Assembly: GCA_001801405.1 (NCBI GenBank)
Contig: MGXQ01000012.1
Location: forward strand, 156 to 61,602
Length of the DNA stretch: 61,447 nucleotides
Direction: 5' to 3'
Source of the DNA: Gammaproteobacteria bacterium RIFCSPHIGHO2_02_FULL_42_13
GTDB lineage: Bacteria; Pseudomonadota; Gammaproteobacteria; UBA12402
Notes under the pieces: generated by a model
Told to the model about the DNA's origin: nothing
Databases searched by the model: none
What the model saw: the letters and a program-made list of their open reading frames with translations, nothing else
Program-made: the position numbers and the translations under genes
In this document: positions 56,112 to 61,447 of the stretch, in pieces
Position numbering within the stretch: the first letter of the stretch is position 1
Layout: every line of letters begins with the position of its first letter

Positions 56112-56909
56112 TTAACTTAATACTGTCTCAGATAATTCTAAGAATGCTTTTTCTTTAATTTCATCAGTCACCATATAATAATGCCATACTAACTGATCTT
56201 CCATAAAAGAAACCCCTTTGCCTTTAACCGTTTTTGCGATAATAATTTTTGGTTTGCCCGAATATTCCGCTCGCAATGCTATTTCTAATTGTGCGTGATC
56301 ATGGCCATCTACTTCTATAACACTCCAACCAAACGCTTCCCATTTATCTCGTACCGGTTCAAAGTGACATATCTCTTTTGCACGCCCATATCCTTGCAAA
56401 TTATTATAATCCATAATCACCGTCAAATTATCTAATCCCAAATCTGCAGAAAACATTGCACCTTCCCAAATCGAGCCCTCTTGAGACTCTCCATCGCCCA
56501 AAACGATATATACATGGCGATCTATTTTTTTCTGTTTATAGGCATACGCCATCCCCAAGCCGATATTAAATCCATGCCCCAAAGATCCCGCAGACACTTC
56601 TACGCCCGGCACAGAAAAACGATCAAGATGTCCCGGCAGAAAACCACCATCCAAATAATAAGAATCGATATGTTTTTTCTCGATAATTCCTTTCTGGTAT
56701 AACGCTGCATATAAAGCCATGGCCGCCTGCCCCTTGCTCAGTATAAAAATATCACGCTCATCCCAATTGGATAATCGCAAAATTTTATGATACAAAACCG
56801 CCAGAATATCGACACAAGAAAGCGCAGAGCCCACATGCGCGCTCTGAGATTTATTGGCCATCTCAATAATAATTTTTCTTAATTCATTCGCTTGATCCAT
56901 TGTCTTCAT
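56112..56909 (-). CDS. transketolase, N-terminal (ThDP-binding) subunit
   Basis: SKGQAAMALYAAL, GSLGHGFNIGLGMA and the ThDP motif LGDGESQEGSIWE. 265 aa. Confidence 0.85.
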   Translation of the reverse strand: MKTMDQANELRKIIIEMANKSQSAHVGSALSCVDILAVLYHKILRLSNWDERDIFILSKGQAAMALYAALYQKGIIEKKHIDSYYLDGGFLPGHLDRFSVPGVEVSAGSLGHGFNIGLGMAYAYKQKKIDRHVYIVLGDGESQEGSIWEGAMFSADLGLDNLTVIMDYNNLQGYGRAKEICHFEPVRDKWEAFGWSVIEVDGHDHAQLEIALRAEYSGKPKIIIAKTVKGKGVSFMEDQLVWHYYMVTDEIKEKAFLELSETVLS

Positions 56910-56918
56910 ATACCTATC

Positions 56919-57911
56919 CTATTTTCCCAAACACTCAAACCATTCTTTCGTCGCCGCCTCAATCGATGCGGGTTCCCAAACCGGCGCCTCACGCCAATAC
57001 TCTATATTATCCAGCATGATCTGCACCCCCTCTTCAAAACTGACTTCTGCTTCCCAATTCAAAAGTTTTTTTATTTTCGTAATATCCGCAAAGGTGCAAT
57101 CGGGCTCGCCTGGCCTTTTGGGAAGATATATTTTTTTCCCTCTCAATAAATCCACCAACCGGTTAACTGAATAGGTCTGGTCGCTACCAACGTTCATCAC
57201 CTCGCCTGAAATATCCGACTGCGCAGCCATATAACATGCACGCACAACATCTGTCACAAACGTAAAATCTCGCGTCTGCTCACCATCGCCTACTATCGTA
57301 AAGGGTTTCCCGGCTAATTTTTGCGCCAAAAATACGCCAAACACCGCACCATACGTTCCATTGGTACGAACACGTGGACCATACACATTAAAAAATCTTA
57401 AACTCACGACCGGCAAATGATAAATCTTATGCCAATTCAACACATACTGCTCACCCAAATATTTTGTCAACGCATAAGGGTATTGCGGTGAAATAGCGAC
57501 CGTTTCAGGCGTTGGATAAATATCGGGAATTCCATAACAAGAGGAAGAAGCCGCATACACTAATTTTTTAACTTTAGCTTTTTGTGCAACTTCCAATACG
57601 CGTATCGTTCCATCCACATTCGCCCGATGATAGGTAATAGGATCATTAATGGATGGCACAATATCTGCTAATGCCGCATAATGAAAAACATAATCCACAT
57701 CTTTAAAATAAGGCGTTAAATCGCTCTCATAATCAGCAATATCACAATTAAAAAATTTTAAACGATCATTGTTTTGATGTTGTGCCAAATTTTCCAATCG
57801 GCCATTACTTAAATTATCTAATACAACAACGTCATAACCATTTTCTAATAAAAAATCCACCATGTGACTGCCAATAAAACCCGCGCCACCTGTTACCAAT
57901 GCGTTAGACAT
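56919..57911 (-). CDS. NAD-dependent sugar epimerase/dehydratase (GalE/WbpP-like extended SDR)
   Basis: [19 protein letters not shown] and YALTKYLGE (YxxxK). 330 aa. Confidence 0.8.
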   Translation of the reverse strand: MSNALVTGGAGFIGSHMVDFLLENGYDVVVLDNLSNGRLENLAQHQNNDRLKFFNCDIADYESDLTPYFKDVDYVFHYAALADIVPSINDPITYHRANVDGTIRVLEVAQKAKVKKLVYAASSSCYGIPDIYPTPETVAISPQYPYALTKYLGEQYVLNWHKIYHLPVVSLRFFNVYGPRVRTNGTYGAVFGVFLAQKLAGKPFTIVGDGEQTRDFTFVTDVVRACYMAAQSDISGEVMNVGSDQTYSVNRLVDLLRGKKIYLPKRPGEPDCTFADITKIKKLLNWEAEVSFEEGVQIMLDNIEYWREAPVWEPASIEAATKEWFECLGK

Positions 57912-57920
57912 TTGGTCCCC

Positions 57921-59015
57921 TCAAATAAAATTAACATGTTTGTTTGGATTTTTTAATTCCCATAAATATCGATTGACTTTATCCATTCGACAATTCACCC
58001 GACATTGCTTAATATCCAATTGCTTGCGAACATACTCAACATTTTTCTTGCGTCGTTCGCCTTCCCACAATTCTTTGAATCCCGCCTGATTTAAATTACC
58101 ATAACAAAATTCATCCTGCTTTAAATAGGCACTACACCCATATAACGAACCATCGGTCATTACATACGCCCAAAAAAATGGGGTAGAATAACATTTTTGA
58201 TATCGATCTTGATCGCCCACCAAAAGATTCATGGTTTGTGAACGAAATACCACGTCGAAGCCACGATCTTCCAATGTTTTTAATTCCAATTCCAAATCCA
58301 TCATCGATTCATAGGTTAAATTTTCATATCGTTTCGTTTCACTGTATAAATGCTGGGAATATGGCTTAATCACCACATAATCGACCCCCAACTCTTTCAT
58401 TTTTTTTGCGAGGGTCACCGCTTCATCAATATTTTCAGGTAATAACAACATTTGTGCGCCAACAACACAATCATAATTATTTTGTTTTTTTGTCTTGATG
58501 ACTAATTCTATATTTTTTAACGTCCGGTCAAAATCTTTTTCCTGCGTGCGATGAATCTTGGCATACGATTCTGGCGTGCCGGCATTAATGCTAATTTTCA
58601 TCCATGACAAATTTCGAACGAGCTCATCAACATAATCCGCGCGCATCGCCACCATATTAGTCGTTAACGCTGTATCGATGCCCTGCACCGAACAATAACT
58701 CAACACACCCGGCAAAGGCTTCCACAACAACGGCTCTCCCTCACCACCGAACATCACGCTTTTAATTCCTAACGAACCCATTTCGGCCAAAATTATTCTT
58801 AGTCGAGTTTCATCCCATTGAATGTTTTGATATCCCACATAATCGACGGCGCAAAACACACAGCGATGATTACAACCACCATAAGGTGAAACCTCAACAT
58901 ATATCGGATATATTTTCTTTAATTTTTCCCAATCATCGCCCGCATTTAACCACTCTGCGATGCGCGCAGGATGACAAGTAATTTTATGACTATCTATACA
59001 ATAACGATCGCCCAT
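57921..59015 (-). CDS. radical SAM enzyme with a Cys-rich C-terminal region, paralog 2
   Basis: GCNHRCVFCAV (CxxxCxxC), GEGEPLL, C-terminal cysteines (QKCY, YGCS, EFCYG, QCRVNC) and a tail ending HVNFI. It is colinear with the 53232-54317 product. Confidence 0.8.
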   Translation of the reverse strand: MGDRYCIDSHKITCHPARIAEWLNAGDDWEKLKKIYPIYVEVSPYGGCNHRCVFCAVDYVGYQNIQWDETRLRIILAEMGSLGIKSVMFGGEGEPLLWKPLPGVLSYCSVQGIDTALTTNMVAMRADYVDELVRNLSWMKISINAGTPESYAKIHRTQEKDFDRTLKNIELVIKTKKQNNYDCVVGAQMLLLPENIDEAVTLAKKMKELGVDYVVIKPYSQHLYSETKRYENLTYESMMDLELELKTLEDRGFDVVFRSQTMNLLVGDQDRYQKCYSTPFFWAYVMTDGSLYGCSAYLKQDEFCYGNLNQAGFKELWEGERRKKNVEYVRKQLDIKQCRVNCRMDKVNRYLWELKNPNKHVNFI

Positions 59016-59590
59016 TACGCTTCCACCAATGATACATAATATGAATAAATAATATGATTTAATATCATATGCATATCTTCCACCAACCCATAATTACCCT
59101 TAGCCGTATTCACATGAAACTTAACATCGCTTAATGATTTTAAACGCCCTCCATCAAAGCCCGTGACACCGACAATAATAGCGCCTTTTGTCTTTGCATA
59201 TTCAACTGCTTTTAATATATTGGGCGAGTTGCCGCTGCAAGAAATGGCAATAATAACATCCTGTGGCTTCACCACGTCTCGGAGCTGATAATAAAATATA
59301 TTATCGTAGCCGACATCATTCGCAAGCGCCGTGCAAACAGACGCGTTATCGGCTAAATTAATGATCTTAAATTTACGAATATCCCGACGATTTAAGCCCG
59401 CACCCAAATCATTCACCATATGCGCCGCCGTTGCCGCACTACCCCCATTGCCTAAAATATATATTCTCGCCTGCTGCTCAATCGCTTTTTCTAAGCATGC
59501 CACTATCGCTGACACAGAAGATCTATCCACCTTTTTTAAAAGTGCACTCAATCTTTCCAAATAATTCAATGTAAAATTTTCAATATCCAT
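59015..59590 (-). CDS. gmhA: SIS-domain phosphoheptose (sedoheptulose-7-phosphate) isomerase-like protein
   Basis: ILGNGGSAATAAHMVNDL and ISCSGNSPNILKA. The 191-aa length is typical of GmhA. Confidence 0.8.
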   Translation of the reverse strand: MDIENFTLNYLERLSALLKKVDRSSVSAIVACLEKAIEQQARIYILGNGGSAATAAHMVNDLGAGLNRRDIRKFKIINLADNASVCTALANDVGYDNIFYYQLRDVVKPQDVIIAISCSGNSPNILKAVEYAKTKGAIIVGVTGFDGGRLKSLSDVKFHVNTAKGNYGLVEDMHMILNHIIYSYYVSLVEA

Positions 59591-59593
59591 CGG

Positions 59594-61387
59594 TTACCTC
59601 ATATTTGCCATTTTTTGAAATTCTAAATTTGCCGACATTAAGGATTCATATTTTCCTGTGTCCACAATCTTTCCTTTTTCCATCATATAAATCACATCAC
59701 ATTCTTTCAAAGTCGTTAAGCGATGCGCAATAATAATGATCGTTTTTTGGTGGGATAAATTATGTATGGCGTCCATAATGGCCAATTCTGTAATTCCATC
59801 CAACGAACTCGTCGCCTCATCCAAAATAAGTACGCCAGGATCACGATATAAAGCGCGCGCGATCCCAATGCGCTGTCGTTGTCCGCCACTTAATCGTACA
59901 CCTCTTTCACCCACAACGGTCTGATATTGAAGCGGAAGTTCTTTCACAATAAAATCATGCAAATTAGCAATGCGAGCGGCACGTTCAACAGCAGCATAAT
60001 CAATATTTTCTTTTTCTATGCCAAACGCAATATTACTCGCGATAGTATTGTCCAGCAAAAAAATCTGTTGAGGAACATAACCAATATTGGCTTGCCAATT
60101 GGGCAAATTATCCCTATTAATCACTAAATTATCAACCACTAACGCCCCTGATTGATATGATAGCATGCCTAAAATAATATCAACCAATGTCGTTTTCCCC
60201 GCGCCCGTTGTCCCCACCAATCCAACCGTCGTATTGGCTTGAACAACAAAATTAAAATTAGAAAAAATGGGGCAAGTCGCATTCGGATAGGAAAATCGTA
60301 TCGCATTCAGCTGCAATGTTTTTTGTATGCTTAATTTATTCGACGGCATGCTATTTTCTTTGTTGATAACTAGAGATGTCAACAAATCATGGCGCACTAA
60401 ATCCAAGGATGCAAAGCCCCCTTTCAGCGAACTCAGTATCATAAAAATAGTTTGTAATGCCGGTAATAACCGATATCCGGCAAACACATAGATACCCAAA
60501 ATAGGCAAAATCGTTGCCGCACTGTGCTGAGCAGCCAACATATATATAACAATTAAAAAAACACCGCCAAAAGCAATACTTTCCAAAATATACTTCGGCA
60601 TCGTACTAATAATTTGTAACCGCGCTTTCGATGACGTATATTTTTCAGTGGATCGTGTAAATTGATTCAGAAAAAAGCGAGATAATTTCAAAAATTTAAT
60701 CTCTTTGACCCCCCCAAATGATTCATTCAGCAGTTGAAACCGCGCTTCTTGAGATGTCACCATATCAACACTAATACGCCCCAAACGTTTCCGAATAAAA
60801 GCATAGATAATGCCATAAACACCACCCATAATTATCGACAGAAACACGGCCAATTTAAAATTAACGATCATCAGCAAAAGCACAATAAAAACTACGGCAA
60901 ATAACTTCGTGAACAGCTGCATGCTATACATAATAATGCCATGACTCACCACCTCCGTCTCAGTAATAATATTTTTCATGAGCGCCGATGTGTTTTGATT
61001 CAAAAAGAATTCATACGGATGGGATAAATATTTTTCTAACAGGCGCGAGGATATTTTACTCTCCTGTTTCCCCATAAATTTCCACATAAACCAATTATTG
61101 AGCGCGCCCAACGCATTAGCCATCACCAAAACAAAAAACAAGACAAGCCCCGCAATAATTAAAAAACGGTGCGGACTAGATGCATGAGAAAGTTGATAGA
61201 AATACAATAATTTTTTATGTGTTTGAATAGCATCAGGATCTGCGACCACGACAATAAAAGGCATCACAAAAGCAATGCCAATAACATCAACGATAGCTGC
61301 AACTAACATTGGAAACAAAAGCAATCCCGCCTTAATGCGATCGCCTTTATCTAGCAATGCAATGATCGTTTTGAGCATCTGAAACAT
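59594..61387 (-). CDS. ABC exporter, fused transmembrane and ATPase domains (MsbA/PglK-like half-transporter)
   Basis: Six N-terminal hydrophobic helices, then Walker A GTTGAGKTTL, signature LSGGQRQRIGIARAL and Walker B VLILDEATSSLD. 597 aa. It is the first gene of the minus-strand array in this window. Confidence 0.85.
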   Translation of the reverse strand: MFQMLKTIIALLDKGDRIKAGLLLFPMLVAAIVDVIGIAFVMPFIVVVADPDAIQTHKKLLYFYQLSHASSPHRFLIIAGLVLFFVLVMANALGALNNWFMWKFMGKQESKISSRLLEKYLSHPYEFFLNQNTSALMKNIITETEVVSHGIIMYSMQLFTKLFAVVFIVLLLMIVNFKLAVFLSIIMGGVYGIIYAFIRKRLGRISVDMVTSQEARFQLLNESFGGVKEIKFLKLSRFFLNQFTRSTEKYTSSKARLQIISTMPKYILESIAFGGVFLIVIYMLAAQHSAATILPILGIYVFAGYRLLPALQTIFMILSSLKGGFASLDLVRHDLLTSLVINKENSMPSNKLSIQKTLQLNAIRFSYPNATCPIFSNFNFVVQANTTVGLVGTTGAGKTTLVDIILGMLSYQSGALVVDNLVINRDNLPNWQANIGYVPQQIFLLDNTIASNIAFGIEKENIDYAAVERAARIANLHDFIVKELPLQYQTVVGERGVRLSGGQRQRIGIARALYRDPGVLILDEATSSLDGITELAIMDAIHNLSHQKTIIIIAHRLTTLKECDVIYMMEKGKIVDTGKYESLMSANLEFQKMANMR

Positions 61388-61447
61388 ACGATTATGACAA
61401 CTCGTAAAAGATGTTCACTCTATCATAAGTGATGAATAAATAACACA

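Noticed and set aside
1-61447. Mobile genetic element or genomic-island boundaries (transposase, integrase, tRNA attachment site, long direct repeats)
   Set aside because: No ORF shows transposase or integrase motifs, and no tRNA-like sequence or long terminal repeat was recognised. The evidence for mosaic assembly is indirect only: the cupin relic, the split pathways and the AT-richer stretches seen by eye. I therefore call no mobile element.
1-61447. Identification of the window as the known Coxiella burnetii O-antigen region
   Set aside because: Several gene types match my recollection of that locus: the transketolase halves, Fe-S/radical-SAM genes, GmhA, an RfaE-like gene and ugd/galU/wecA-type genes. 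However, I see no Gmd/Fcl pair, no TylC3-type C-methyltransferase and no Wzm/Wzt genes, all of which I recall there. Species assignment needs a database search, so I state it only as a loose possibility.

Overview
This 61.4-kb, visibly AT-rich window is almost entirely one very large cell-surface glycan locus of the LPS O-antigen or capsule type. I call 53 protein-coding features. Fifty are on the minus strand and tightly packed. Several junctions I checked base by base are ATGA or TGATG stop/start overlaps, for example 5556, 19919-19922, 25876-25879, 28658-28661, 38649-38652 and 44037-44040. I recognise no rRNA, tRNA, CRISPR array, transposase or integrase.

Reading the minus strand from right to left, the window contains:
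1. A fused TMD-NBD ABC exporter.
2. An unusual sugar-precursor module: GmhA-like isomerase, two paralogous radical-SAM enzymes, a split transketolase, two SDR enzymes, a reversed-order cytidylyltransferase-kinase fusion and an NTP-transferase.
3. Two tandem paralogous putative glycosyltransferases.
4. A legionaminic-acid-type nonulosonic acid (NulO) pathway whose synthase gene carries an in-frame TAG.
5. CDP-glucose 4,6-dehydratase plus a cupin epimerase.
6. A single opposite-strand outer-membrane beta-barrel gene, preceded by a GC-rich palindrome cluster and a terminator-like hairpin.
7. A Gfo/Idh/MocA, CMP-NulO synthetase and SDR trio.
8. An orphan GT-B-like protein, a B12-binding radical-SAM enzyme and an FkbM methyltransferase.
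9. Glycosyltransferases, two DegT-type aminotransferases, a 48-codon cupin gene relic, and ManC-like and RfbF nucleotidyltransferases.
10. Two fusion proteins: GT2 with polysaccharide deacetylase, and DegT-like with FemAB-like.
11. WecB, WecC and AsnB.
12. A plus-strand pair: a GT-C membrane transferase and a GT2-GtrA fusion.
13. UDP-xylose synthase, a bi-domain oxidoreductase, a heparinase II/III-like protein, a WbuB-like GT, WecA, GalU, a second GT-C protein, Ugd and CysQ.
14. An unassigned ORF.

At least seven sugar-activating nucleotidyltransferase domains are present. No Wzx, Wzy, Wzz or Wzm/Wzt is recognisable.

The content and composition would fit an AT-rich gammaproteobacterium, possibly a Legionellales or Coxiella-like lineage, but this cannot be verified without a database search.

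All functional calls come from motif-level reading of the supplied translations. No similarity search or composition calculation was run.
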